A program made the position numbers and the translations under genes. Shown here piece after piece: positions 20,753 to 30,176 of a stretch of 64,000 nucleotides of DNA. Source of the DNA: an uncultured SAR86 cluster bacterium. Lineage in GTDB: Bacteria > Pseudomonadota > Gammaproteobacteria > Magnimaribacterales > D2472. Every line of letters starts with the position of its first letter. Position 1 is the first letter of the stretch. The notes beneath the pieces are model-generated. The model was not told the origin of the DNA, ran no database searches, and was given only the letters and a program-made list of their open reading frames with translations. Location of the stretch: positions 1,943-65,942 of the forward strand of contig CABXFE010000002.1 of NCBI GenBank assembly GCA_902511425.1, in the 5' to 3' direction.

Positions 20753-21751
20753 ATGATTGAAAATAAAACTATATTAGTCACTGGTGGAACTGGCTCATTC
20801 GGCCAGACATTTGCGTCAACATTATTGAAAAACTATAACCCAAAAAAAATTATTATTTTTTCTCGTGATGAAATGAAGCAATGGGATATGGCAAAAAACT
20901 ACCCAAATGAATCTAGGATTAGGTTTTTTATCGGCGATGTTCGCGATAAAGATAGATTGATGAGAGCGCTTGATGGGGTTGATTTAGTTGTTCACGCCGC
21001 TGCTACAAAAATTGTTCCAACTGCAGAATATAACCCATTTGAGTGTATAAAAACTAATATTTTGGGCGCTATGAATTTAATCGATGCATGCATTGACAAA
21101 AAAATATCAAAAGTTGTCGCTCTTTCAACAGATAAAGCTAGCTCTCCCATCAATCTATATGGAGCTACCAAATTAGCTTCTGATAAGTTGTTTGTTGCAG
21201 GTAATGCATACTCTGGAGAGCACGGAACAAAATTTGGGGTAGTTAGATATGGAAATGTAATGGGGTCTAGGGGTTCTGTTATTCCCTTTTTTACATCTAT
21301 AAAAGATTCTGGAACCGTTCCTATCACAGATGATCGCATGACAAGATTTATGATTTCCCTTGAAGAAGGGGTTGATTTGGTATTAAACGCATTTAGTGAT
21401 ATGGAAGGAGGCGAAATATATGTAAAGAAAATCCCCTCCATGAAGGTAACTGATTTAGCAAAGGTGGTTGCCCCTGAAGCAAAACATGAAATTGTTGGGA
21501 TAAGGCCAGGAGAAAAATTACATGAACAAATGATTGGCTCTGAAGATGCTCATTTTACATATGAATATGATGATTATTTTAAAATATTGCCTGCAATTAA
21601 TAGCTGGGATTCTGACAAAAAACGAATTAAAAATGGTAAGAGGGTTCCAGAAAATTTTGTTTACAGTAGCGAAAACAATCCAGATTGGATGTCAGACGAG
21701 GATCTCAAGGATTGGATTAGTAATAATTCTAAGAAAATTGGCCTCATTTGA
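20753..21751 (+). CDS. UDP-N-acetylglucosamine 4,6-dehydratase, PseB/CapD/FlaA1-like
   Basis: Motifs KTILVTGGTGSFGQTF and YGATKLASDKLF. The 332-aa length is typical of PseB-type inverting dehydratases. I cannot separate PseB from LegB or FnlA by eye. Confidence 0.75.
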   Translation: MIENKTILVTGGTGSFGQTFASTLLKNYNPKKIIIFSRDEMKQWDMAKNYPNESRIRFFIGDVRDKDRLMRALDGVDLVVHAAATKIVPTAEYNPFECIKTNILGAMNLIDACIDKKISKVVALSTDKASSPINLYGATKLASDKLFVAGNAYSGEHGTKFGVVRYGNVMGSRGSVIPFFTSIKDSGTVPITDDRMTRFMISLEEGVDLVLNAFSDMEGGEIYVKKIPSMKVTDLAKVVAPEAKHEIVGIRPGEKLHEQMIGSEDAHFTYEYDDYFKILPAINSWDSDKKRIKNGKRVPENFVYSSENNPDWMSDEDLKDWISNNSKKIGLI

Positions 21752-21785
21752 TTGCTTATGCTAACAACTTTTTGATTTTTAAATT

Positions 21786-22799
21786 ATGAAAATATTAGTA
21801 ACCGGATCTGCTGGGTTTATAGGAATGCATACCTCATTACAGCTTTTAAATAGAGGTGACGAAGTTATAGGTGTTGATAATCTTAATGATTACTACGATG
21901 TCAGTCTTAAAAAAAGCAGACTTGATATTCTCAAGGAGTTCAAAAATTTTACATTTATCAAAAGTAACATAGAAGATTTCTCATCCATTCAAACCTTGTT
22001 TGAAAAACATTCACCTCAAAAGGTTATTCATCTTGCTGCTCAAGCAGGCGTAAGGTATTCACTTGAAAATCCACATGCATACATTAAAAGCAATATTCAG
22101 GGCTTTATGAATATTCTCGAGTTATGTCGGCACAATCGTGTCGAACATTTAACATATGCAAGCAGCTCGAGTGTTTATGGGGGAAATAAATCTTTACCAT
22201 TCTCTGAGCATCATTCCGTTGATCACCCAGTCAGCCTTTATGCTGCCACAAAAAAATCCAATGAGTTAATGGCCCATACTTACAGCCATTTATTTTCATT
22301 GCCTACAACTGGGTTGAGATTTTTTACTGTATACGGACCATGGGGCAGGCCTGATATGGCATTATTTCTTTTTACCAAAGCTATATTAGAAGGAAACCCA
22401 ATTGATGTTTTTAATGAAGGGAATATGACTAGAGATTTCACTTATATTGATGACATCGTAGAAGGTATAATAAGAGTCTCAGATAAAACTGCTATTCCAA
22501 GCAAATCATTTTCAGCTGAAGCACCAGATCCTGCGACTAGCAACGCTCCTTATAGAGTATTTAATATTGGTAATAGTCAACCAACACCACTAATGGATTA
22601 TATTTCTGCTATTGAAAATGCACTAAATATTCAGGCAAAAAAAAATTTTTTACCAATGCAACTTGGAGATGTTCAATCAACAAGCGCAGATACTTCAGAG
22701 TTAAATGAGTGGATTAATTTTAAACCCAATACACCTGTAAATGAGGGCGTTGCTAATTTTGTGAATTGGTATCAAAATTTTTATCAATCAAAACAATGA
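21786..22799 (+). CDS. NAD-dependent nucleotide-sugar epimerase (UDP-glucuronate 4-epimerase-like)
   Basis: Motifs [33 protein letters not shown] and [15 protein letters not shown], matching the CapI/LpsL/Gla-type pattern. Confidence 0.75.
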   Translation: MKILVTGSAGFIGMHTSLQLLNRGDEVIGVDNLNDYYDVSLKKSRLDILKEFKNFTFIKSNIEDFSSIQTLFEKHSPQKVIHLAAQAGVRYSLENPHAYIKSNIQGFMNILELCRHNRVEHLTYASSSSVYGGNKSLPFSEHHSVDHPVSLYAATKKSNELMAHTYSHLFSLPTTGLRFFTVYGPWGRPDMALFLFTKAILEGNPIDVFNEGNMTRDFTYIDDIVEGIIRVSDKTAIPSKSFSAEAPDPATSNAPYRVFNIGNSQPTPLMDYISAIENALNIQAKKNFLPMQLGDVQSTSADTSELNEWINFKPNTPVNEGVANFVNWYQNFYQSKQ

Positions 22800-24067
22800 C
22801 TCATTCTATTAAATTAGCAATCATAGGCTTAGGTTATGTTGGCTTACCTTTAGCAGTTGAATTTGGAAAAAAAAGGAATGTGATTGGCTTTGATACCAAC
22901 TCTAGGAGAGTTGAGGATCTAAAAAAGGGAATTGACTACACCCTTGAGGTTACCAAAGAAAAATTAAAAGATTCTAAGAATTTAGAATTTACGAACACGC
23001 CCGATGACTTAGAAAGATGCAATTTTTTTATAGTAACCGTCCCAACTCCAATTGATAAACAAAAGAAACCAGATCTAAAGCCTCTTATTCAAGCATCTAA
23101 AACAATTGGGCATGTATTAAAAAAAGGAGATATTGTTGTATTTGAATCAACTGTTTATCCTGGTGCTACCGAGGAGCAGTGCGTACCAATTTTGGAGAAA
23201 CATTCATCCTTGATACTTAATAAAGATTTTTTTGTCGGTTATAGCCCAGAGAGGATTAATCCAGGTGATAGTGAGCATGATGTTACAAGTATTATTAAAA
23301 TAACCTCTGGATCAAATGAAGAGTCATCAATAATTATTGACGATCTTTATAATGAAATAATACTAGCAGGTACTCATAGGGCATCTAGCATAAGGGTAGC
23401 TGAAGCAGCCAAAGTGATAGAAAATACACAAAGAGATTTAAATATTGCATTGATAAATGAGCTTGCGTTAATTTTCAATAAAATGGATATTGATACCTCA
23501 GAGGTATTAGAGGCAGCTAGAACTAAATGGAATTTTCTTGACTTTCGACCTGGACTAGTTGGAGGTCATTGTATAGGAGTAGATCCATATTATTTAACCT
23601 ATAAAGCCCAATCAATTGGATATCAGCCTGAAATTATTTTATCAGGGAGAAGATTAAATGACAGGATGAGTACTTATGTTGTTTCTAGCTTCATCAAGGG
23701 AATGACAAAGATACATATCAATTTAGAGAAATCAAAAGTTCTTATCATGGGAGCTACATTTAAGGAGAATTGTCCTGATCTTCGTAATTCAAAAGTTTTA
23801 GATATGATCAGCGAGCTTAGAGAATACAGTGTTGCAGTGGATGTATTTGATCCTTGGATTTCCAAGGATGTATTGCCTGAAAATATCGATTGTGAATTTG
23901 TAGATAATTTAGAAAATAACAAGTATGACGGATTAATTTTAGCTGTGCCGCATAAAGAATTTATTCAGCTTGATCCTGCTAGTTTTAGAAATCTTTGTAA
24001 AGTAAATAGCGTAATTTTTGATTTAAAAAGCGTATTGCCAATAGATTCTTCTGATTTGAGGTTGTAA
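22796..24067 (+). CDS. UDP-N-acetyl-hexosamine 6-dehydrogenase family protein (TviB/WbpO/VipA-like)
   Basis: Motifs [28 protein letters not shown] and [16 protein letters not shown] overlap with the epimerase gene. The track ORF start 22766 lies inside the upstream gene. Confidence 0.78.
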   Translation: MTHSIKLAIIGLGYVGLPLAVEFGKKRNVIGFDTNSRRVEDLKKGIDYTLEVTKEKLKDSKNLEFTNTPDDLERCNFFIVTVPTPIDKQKKPDLKPLIQASKTIGHVLKKGDIVVFESTVYPGATEEQCVPILEKHSSLILNKDFFVGYSPERINPGDSEHDVTSIIKITSGSNEESSIIIDDLYNEIILAGTHRASSIRVAEAAKVIENTQRDLNIALINELALIFNKMDIDTSEVLEAARTKWNFLDFRPGLVGGHCIGVDPYYLTYKAQSIGYQPEIILSGRRLNDRMSTYVVSSFIKGMTKIHINLEKSKVLIMGATFKENCPDLRNSKVLDMISELREYSVAVDVFDPWISKDVLPENIDCEFVDNLENNKYDGLILAVPHKEFIQLDPASFRNLCKVNSVIFDLKSVLPIDSSDLRL

Positions 24068-24075
24068 ATTTTTAT

Positions 24076-25887
24076 ATGAAAAATAAGAGCAATATTTTTT
24101 TTGACCTAGTTCACTATTTACAAATTTTCCAAAAATATTTAGGTCCTAAAATTTATATTGTAACTGCCCTTTCTTTGATCGCAGCTATATCAGAAGGTGT
24201 AGGATTCTTAATTGTTTTGCCTTTATTTGAAGTTCTTGGCACCTCAGGTACTGAGGATGAATTAACCGGTATAGGAAAGCTTTTATTTAATTTTTTTATC
24301 TACTTGGGCTGGGATGGCTCCCCAATAGTTTTAATTATTGCAATTACAATTACTTTTTTACTCAAGGGATTGCTTGTTTTTGGTTCCATGGCGTTCAATG
24401 CCTACCTTATTGCACAGCTTCTTAGAGAGCTAAAAGAAAGGTTATTTGATCATTATAGCGTTATGGATTACCAGTACTATTCAAGTCGTGATACTGGTCA
24501 TTTTACCAATGTTATGAATAATCAAATTAACACTATGTTAATTGCCTTTAGATCAATGATGAGGCTCGGTTCAGAATTCGTTATGGGAGCTGTTTATGTT
24601 GGATTAGCATTTGCAGTTTCATGGAAATTTGGTGCAATGGCAATATTATTTGGCTTAGTGCTTTTATTTGTTTTTCAAGGATTAAATATTTATGTACGAA
24701 GTCTTTCTAGAAAGACCGCCAAAGAAAGCGGCATTCTCTCTAAGTTGTTAATACAATATCTTCATGCTTTTAAGTATTTAATATCCACCAATCAATCACA
24801 TCATCTAAGATATAAATTTTTTGAATCTGTGGATAGGTTTGTTGACTTTGAGTTAAGAAGACGAGTTGCTGAGACGCTAACATTTTCCTTAAGAGAGCCA
24901 ATTTTGGTAGTTGCAGTCATGATTATCATTGGCGCGCAAATCGCTTACTTCAATGAACCAATAGGGCCAATCCTTGTTTCAATAGCTTTATTTTATCGAG
25001 GGCTAAATTCCTTCCATGGAATGCAACTACACGGTCAGTTGATGCTTGATCAAATTGGCGCAGTAGAAATGGTCAATGATGAATTTAATAGGCAAATGCA
25101 CAATATTGAACATGATGCGGACATTTCAATGGATACCTTTTCAGAGTCGGTTGAGTTTCAAAATGTAAACTTTTCGTATGGAGATGAGTTTGATAATGCA
25201 CTGTCCAACATTGATATTAAAATTAGAGCATTTCAATCAGTAGCTTTTGTTGGCTCATCTGGAGCGGGTAAATCAACCATCGTTGATTTGTTAACACTAA
25301 TACTAAGACCAACAAGTGGAAACATTTTAATAGATGGACAAAATTCATCATTGTTAAAATCTAGCTCATGGCGATCACAAATTGGGTATGTTTCACAAGA
25401 TATGGTGGTTTTTGATGATTCAATAGCTAATAATATTTCTATGTGGCAAGGAGATATAGAAGAAAATCCAGAGCTGCTTTTCCAAATAAAAAAAGCATGC
25501 ATGCAGGCAAATATTTCTGATTTCATTGAATCATTGCCAGAGCAATATAATACTCAAGTTGGCGATCGAGGCATCAAATTATCAGGCGGGCAGAAACAAA
25601 GACTTTTTATAGCTAGAGAGTTATTTAGACAGCCAAATATTTTATTATTGGATGAAGCTACAAGTGCTCTTGATACTGACTCAGAAAGTTTTATTCAAGA
25701 ATCTATAGACAGCCTAAAAGGATCAATTACTTTAGTAATTATCGCTCATAGACTTTCTACAATAAGAGATGTTGATTATGTTTATGTCCTTGATCAGGGC
25801 TCTATTATCGAATCAGGCCCATATCAAACATTGCGAGATAAAAAAGGTTCCCATTTAGATCAATTGATAGAAAAACAAACGCTATGA
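24076..25887 (+). CDS. fused TMD-NBD ABC exporter, MsbA/PglK-like
   Basis: About 330 aa with six hydrophobic segments, then Walker A GSSGAGKST, signature LSGGQKQR and Walker B ILLLDEATSALD. Confidence 0.85.
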   Translation: MKNKSNIFFDLVHYLQIFQKYLGPKIYIVTALSLIAAISEGVGFLIVLPLFEVLGTSGTEDELTGIGKLLFNFFIYLGWDGSPIVLIIAITITFLLKGLLVFGSMAFNAYLIAQLLRELKERLFDHYSVMDYQYYSSRDTGHFTNVMNNQINTMLIAFRSMMRLGSEFVMGAVYVGLAFAVSWKFGAMAILFGLVLLFVFQGLNIYVRSLSRKTAKESGILSKLLIQYLHAFKYLISTNQSHHLRYKFFESVDRFVDFELRRRVAETLTFSLREPILVVAVMIIIGAQIAYFNEPIGPILVSIALFYRGLNSFHGMQLHGQLMLDQIGAVEMVNDEFNRQMHNIEHDADISMDTFSESVEFQNVNFSYGDEFDNALSNIDIKIRAFQSVAFVGSSGAGKSTIVDLLTLILRPTSGNILIDGQNSSLLKSSSWRSQIGYVSQDMVVFDDSIANNISMWQGDIEENPELLFQIKKACMQANISDFIESLPEQYNTQVGDRGIKLSGGQKQRLFIARELFRQPNILLLDEATSALDTDSESFIQESIDSLKGSITLVIIAHRLSTIRDVDYVYVLDQGSIIESGPYQTLRDKKGSHLDQLIEKQTL

Positions 25888-25930
25888 TCAAGTATGATTT
25901 TACTCGAGCTTAATGCTTTTGCCCTAAACA

Positions 25931-26998
25931 ATGAAAATTACAGACCTTAGAAAGTACGATAGCCTATACGTACTTGCAAAAAAAATGGGTAGTGGAAATA
26001 TTCTTAGATCCTATCTACAGCTAGATGAAAATCTACCTCTTCCACTTGGTATATCGCACGGTGTAGATATGAATCATCTTCATGAAGCTCAGGATATTTC
26101 CTCAATCGAACCTTTGCATTGGTGTTATAACGAAGTTATTGCTAAAAGAGCGGATGGAATTAAACAATGTGCTCATCTTCCTCATCCTTGGATCATATTA
26201 AAAGAGCTTAATTCTAGGCAAGCACCATCAAACGAATTGTTAATTATTGGTCCCCCAGATGGAAAGACAAATAATTTAAATTTATTAAAAAGCTTAAAAA
26301 AGAAAAAAATTAACAAAGGAGATGTTTTAATTAAGCAAAGAGGAGATATAGAGATATCAAAAAATTTCTGGATCAATGAAGGGTATGGTGTTGTTACTGC
26401 CGGCAGCAGTAATGATGAATTTTACAATAGGTTGTTTTGCTTGATTTCAAAATATGAAGAAGTTGTCAGTTGCTCAATGAGTAGCGCGCTTATATTCTCA
26501 GCTGCGCTTGGAAAAAAATGCTCAGTTCTAGAGGATTATCTTATGACTACCTATGAACTATCCAGCTATGCAAATTTTATTAATTTCAAAGGATCAGTCG
26601 CTCCTAAAATACTTGATATGATCAAGAAAGGTCAGAATGCCAATCTTATAAACTTTGCTGAGAATTTATTGGGTATTAGTTATTTAGATCAACCAATGAA
26701 AATGAAGAATAAATTATTAATTAATATTGAGAAGATCAAAACGCCAATACATCATCACACCTCTAGACCACTTTTTTTAAAGAAATTTTATGAAATTATA
26801 GCTCTTAAACTAAATAAACCATCTCTTACCAAGATGAGATTCATAGATATTGTGAAAAGTATTTCAAGCCCAAGGGTTTCAATCGTTACTAAGAATGAAA
26901 TCAGCATTTATTTATTGGGCATGAATGATTCAAACTTTTCTTCCTCGACAGTCAAATATCAAGCTAATATAACAGAGCCCGGAAGAGCAATTGATTAA
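25931..26998 (+). CDS. hypothetical protein (no family recognised)
   Basis: Long ORF in operon context between the ABC exporter and GT4 genes. No TM segments or known motifs apart from an HLPHPW segment. Confidence 0.5.
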   Translation: MKITDLRKYDSLYVLAKKMGSGNILRSYLQLDENLPLPLGISHGVDMNHLHEAQDISSIEPLHWCYNEVIAKRADGIKQCAHLPHPWIILKELNSRQAPSNELLIIGPPDGKTNNLNLLKSLKKKKINKGDVLIKQRGDIEISKNFWINEGYGVVTAGSSNDEFYNRLFCLISKYEEVVSCSMSSALIFSAALGKKCSVLEDYLMTTYELSSYANFINFKGSVAPKILDMIKKGQNANLINFAENLLGISYLDQPMKMKNKLLINIEKIKTPIHHHTSRPLFLKKFYEIIALKLNKPSLTKMRFIDIVKSISSPRVSIVTKNEISIYLLGMNDSNFSSSTVKYQANITEPGRAID

Positions 26999-27012
26999 AT
27001 ATTTCGTGTTAT

Positions 27013-28203
27013 ATGAAACCTAAAATAATTTTCTTAACTAGAAATGGTTTAATGGAGCCCCTGGGTCAGTCACAAGTCTTAAGATACCTGATTGGTTTAT
27101 CTAAGGATTTCAATTCCACAATTATTTCACTTGAAAAAAAGAATGATATTAAAAATACTTCACTAAAGATTTCTATCCAATCTCAATGCGATGAAAATAA
27201 TGTAAATTGGGTGGCAAAAAAATACACAAATTTTTTTGGCCCCTTTTCTCATGTAATTGATATTTTAAAGATGATTGTAACGTGCTTTATTGAGGCCAAA
27301 AAAGGAGCTAATCTTATTCATGCAAGAAGCTATATTCCCGCTTTAGCAGCTATGATAGTAGGAAAAATTCTCAATATTAATTACATTTTTGATATGCGAG
27401 CATTGTGGCCAGAAGAATTAATAACATCTGGGCGCATTAAACGTGACTCCTTTTTACATAAAATATTACTTTTACTCGAGCGACACGCTATTAAAAATGC
27501 CTTTTCAGTAGTCACTCTTACAAATGCTTCTCTTGCATATATATTTGATTTATATGAGCATGAGATTTGTCATAAAAAGGTTGTTGTCATTCCAACCTGC
27601 ACAGATCTTGAAAAATTTTATCCTAGTAACAAAAAGTCTGATTACGTAATTGGTTGCAGCGGATCAGTCTTGAGTGGTTGGTTTGATCTTGATAAGCTGG
27701 CAGTCTTTTATTCATTCGTAGCCAAAAAAAATCCTTTTATGAAATTTGAAGTTACAACAAAAGACAATCACGTAATAGTTACAGAATTTCTCCATAGAAG
27801 AGGTGTTCCTATAGATCGCCTTAGAGTATTTAGCTCAACAGTTGAAAATATGCCAAGTGTAAACCAGCATCAATGCGCATCAGTAATGTTCTATAAAGGA
27901 AATCAATTATCAGAATTGGGAAGATCTCCTACAAGAATGGCTGAGGTTTTAGGGTGTGGCAATCCAGTAGTTTCCAATAGCGGTGTTGGAGATGTTGCCG
28001 AGATTGTAAATCAATATAATGTTGGAGTGATATTAGATAATTGTGATGAAAATAGTTTAGAGCTAGCATATGAGTTATTTATTGAGCTGGTCTCAAATTC
28101 AAACACTTCTCATCGATGCAGAGAAGCGGCAGAGAAAGTTTTTTCAATCTCAAGCGGAGTGAGGAGTTATGCTGAGATTTACAATCAAGCAAAATCATTC
28201 TAA
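27013..28203 (+). CDS. GT-B fold glycosyltransferase (family 4-like)
   Basis: The C-terminal donor-binding region SPTRMAEVLGCGNPVVSNSGVGDVAEIV is typical of GT4/GT1-type enzymes. Confidence 0.65.
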   Translation: MKPKIIFLTRNGLMEPLGQSQVLRYLIGLSKDFNSTIISLEKKNDIKNTSLKISIQSQCDENNVNWVAKKYTNFFGPFSHVIDILKMIVTCFIEAKKGANLIHARSYIPALAAMIVGKILNINYIFDMRALWPEELITSGRIKRDSFLHKILLLLERHAIKNAFSVVTLTNASLAYIFDLYEHEICHKKVVVIPTCTDLEKFYPSNKKSDYVIGCSGSVLSGWFDLDKLAVFYSFVAKKNPFMKFEVTTKDNHVIVTEFLHRRGVPIDRLRVFSSTVENMPSVNQHQCASVMFYKGNQLSELGRSPTRMAEVLGCGNPVVSNSGVGDVAEIVNQYNVGVILDNCDENSLELAYELFIELVSNSNTSHRCREAAEKVFSISSGVRSYAEIYNQAKSF

Positions 28204-28266
28204 AGATAAATTAAAATAAGTCATTTAATAAATTTTTATCATGAGCGTATCTTATAATCATTACAA

Positions 28267-29349
28267 ATGAAAACTTATAAAATCTTATGTTTTGCTTTAT
28301 ATGGTGAACAAGCTGCAAGTAACAGGGTCCGTTTAGGTCAATATAAGGAAGAGTTATATTCTTCTGGGCTTGAACTTAAGATTAACTCATTACTCATCAA
28401 TGAATATATTGTTGCGCTTTCTAACAAAACTTCACTACCTTTTTTAAAGTTACTTCGTTCTTTTTTTGAACGAATTAAGCTGTTACTCTTCAGCCAAGAA
28501 TATGATTTATTAATTGTGCATTGCGAACTGTTTCCATTTCTACCTGGTTGGGTAGAGCAACTTCTTTTACGAAAACCATATATATATGATTTTGATGATG
28601 CATTTTACCTTAAATATAGTTCGGGTAAGTACAGATTACTTAAGCCATTTTTAGGTTCTAAATTTAAGAGAATTATTAAAAACGCATCTTTTATTACTGC
28701 TGGCAATAAAAACCTAGCAAATTATGCAAAGAAATATAATCCCAATGTAATCATTTTACCTAGCGTGGTTGATACAAATATTTATTATAAAAAAGATAGG
28801 AAACCTAATAGTTGTTTTACACTGGGTTGGATCGGTTCACCATCAACTGCAATTTATCTAGAAAAATTAGTCAAGCCCCTTGCATCGTTAGGTAAGAAAA
28901 TTCCTCTCAAGCTTATTATTGTAGGTGCACAAGGTCCAAGTATTCAAAATGTGATTGTTGAGTCAATACCTTGGTCTCTAGAAGATGAGGTTGATCTAAT
29001 CAACCAATTTGATGTCGGGTTAATGCCACTAAATGATGATGAGTGGTCAAGGGGAAAGTGTGCATATAAATTGATTCAATGCATGGCATGCGAAGTGTGT
29101 GTAATAGCATCTCCAGTTGGCTCAAATGTCGATGTTGTAAATGATAGCAGTGGCTTCCTGGCTGAAAGCGATCAGGATTGGTATGATAGTCTGTTTAAAT
29201 TATCCCAAGATATCTCTTTACGGGAGAAACTGGGAAAGGCTTCCGCAAATAGAATTATGCAAAATTATTCATTACAAACCAATAAGCCTTTATTGATAAA
29301 TGCAATCAGCAAAGCCATGCATATTAACAAAAATGAAAAAGAATATTGA
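28267..29349 (+). CDS. GT-B fold glycosyltransferase (family 4-like)
   Basis: Motifs GWIGSPST and GKCAYKLIQCMACEVCVIASPVGSNVDVV, a layout resembling the GT4 C-terminal domain. Confidence 0.6.
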   Translation: MKTYKILCFALYGEQAASNRVRLGQYKEELYSSGLELKINSLLINEYIVALSNKTSLPFLKLLRSFFERIKLLLFSQEYDLLIVHCELFPFLPGWVEQLLLRKPYIYDFDDAFYLKYSSGKYRLLKPFLGSKFKRIIKNASFITAGNKNLANYAKKYNPNVIILPSVVDTNIYYKKDRKPNSCFTLGWIGSPSTAIYLEKLVKPLASLGKKIPLKLIIVGAQGPSIQNVIVESIPWSLEDEVDLINQFDVGLMPLNDDEWSRGKCAYKLIQCMACEVCVIASPVGSNVDVVNDSSGFLAESDQDWYDSLFKLSQDISLREKLGKASANRIMQNYSLQTNKPLLINAISKAMHINKNEKEY

Positions 29350-30175
29350 CCTAAAAACTGTAAAATCTTTTGGAGATGAATGGTCTAGATTTGATCAGTC
29401 AATTATGAGTGAAGAAGAATCAAAAAAAATATTTGATGAATATTTTGCAATTTTTCCTTGGAATTCTTTGCCACAAAATCCAGAAGGGTTTGATATGGGC
29501 AGTGGAAGTGGGAGATGGGCTAGATGGGTTGCACCAAAAGTTGGAATTTTAAACTGCATTGACCCATCTGATGCTTTAGAAATTTCTCAAAAAAATCTAC
29601 ATGAACATACAAATATAAAATATTTCAAAGCTTCGGTTGATGATGATATCAATCTTGAGGGCACCCAAGACTTTGGATATTCTTTGGGTGTGCTTCATCA
29701 TATTCCAAATACACAAGACGCTCTGACTTCATGTACAAAATTATTAAAACCTGGAGCACCTTTCCTTTTGTACCTTTATTATTCTTTTGATAATAGATCT
29801 ACTATTTATAGGTTTATTTGGAAATTTTCAGATATTATCAGGAAATTTATATTTAGACTTACGCCTAGATTAAAACACTTTATTACTGATTTAATTGCCT
29901 TATTCATTTATTTTCCTTTCACAAGAATTGCAAGATTATTTGATCTAATTAATCTTGAATCATCCAATATCCCCCTTTCTTACTATAAAAATCATAGTTT
30001 CTATACAATGAGAACAGATGCCAGGGATAGATTTGGAACCCCTTTGGAGCAAAGGTTCTCTAAACAGGAAATTCATAGCATGATGACTTCAGCAGGACTG
30101 GATAATATAATTTTTTCTGACCATGCCCCTTTTTGGTGTGCCGTTGGTTCTAAAAAAATAACAGAGAGAAAATAA
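29333..30175 (+). CDS. class I SAM-dependent methyltransferase
   Basis: Motif I GFDMGSGSGRWARWVA and post-I region, plus LKPGAPFLLYLY. I chose ATG 29333 (MKKNIDLK). The track ORF start 29300 lies inside the upstream gene. Confidence 0.7.
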   Translation: MKKNIDLKTVKSFGDEWSRFDQSIMSEEESKKIFDEYFAIFPWNSLPQNPEGFDMGSGSGRWARWVAPKVGILNCIDPSDALEISQKNLHEHTNIKYFKASVDDDINLEGTQDFGYSLGVLHHIPNTQDALTSCTKLLKPGAPFLLYLYYSFDNRSTIYRFIWKFSDIIRKFIFRLTPRLKHFITDLIALFIYFPFTRIARLFDLINLESSNIPLSYYKNHSFYTMRTDARDRFGTPLEQRFSKQEIHSMMTSAGLDNIIFSDHAPFWCAVGSKKITERK

Positions 30176-30176
30176 T

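Noticed and set aside
20992-21441. 149-aa antisense ORF inside the PseB-like gene. Similar antisense or alternative-frame ORFs occur at 46065-46412, 46662-46868, 48421-48639, 1670-1858, 5447-5659, 9849-10115, 11350-11737, 13195-13452, 16173-16427, 25233-25526, 41282-41530 and 62453-62674.
   Set aside because: All lie entirely within longer ORFs that have strong family motifs. Their translations are low-complexity with no recognisable motif, so they are shadow ORFs.
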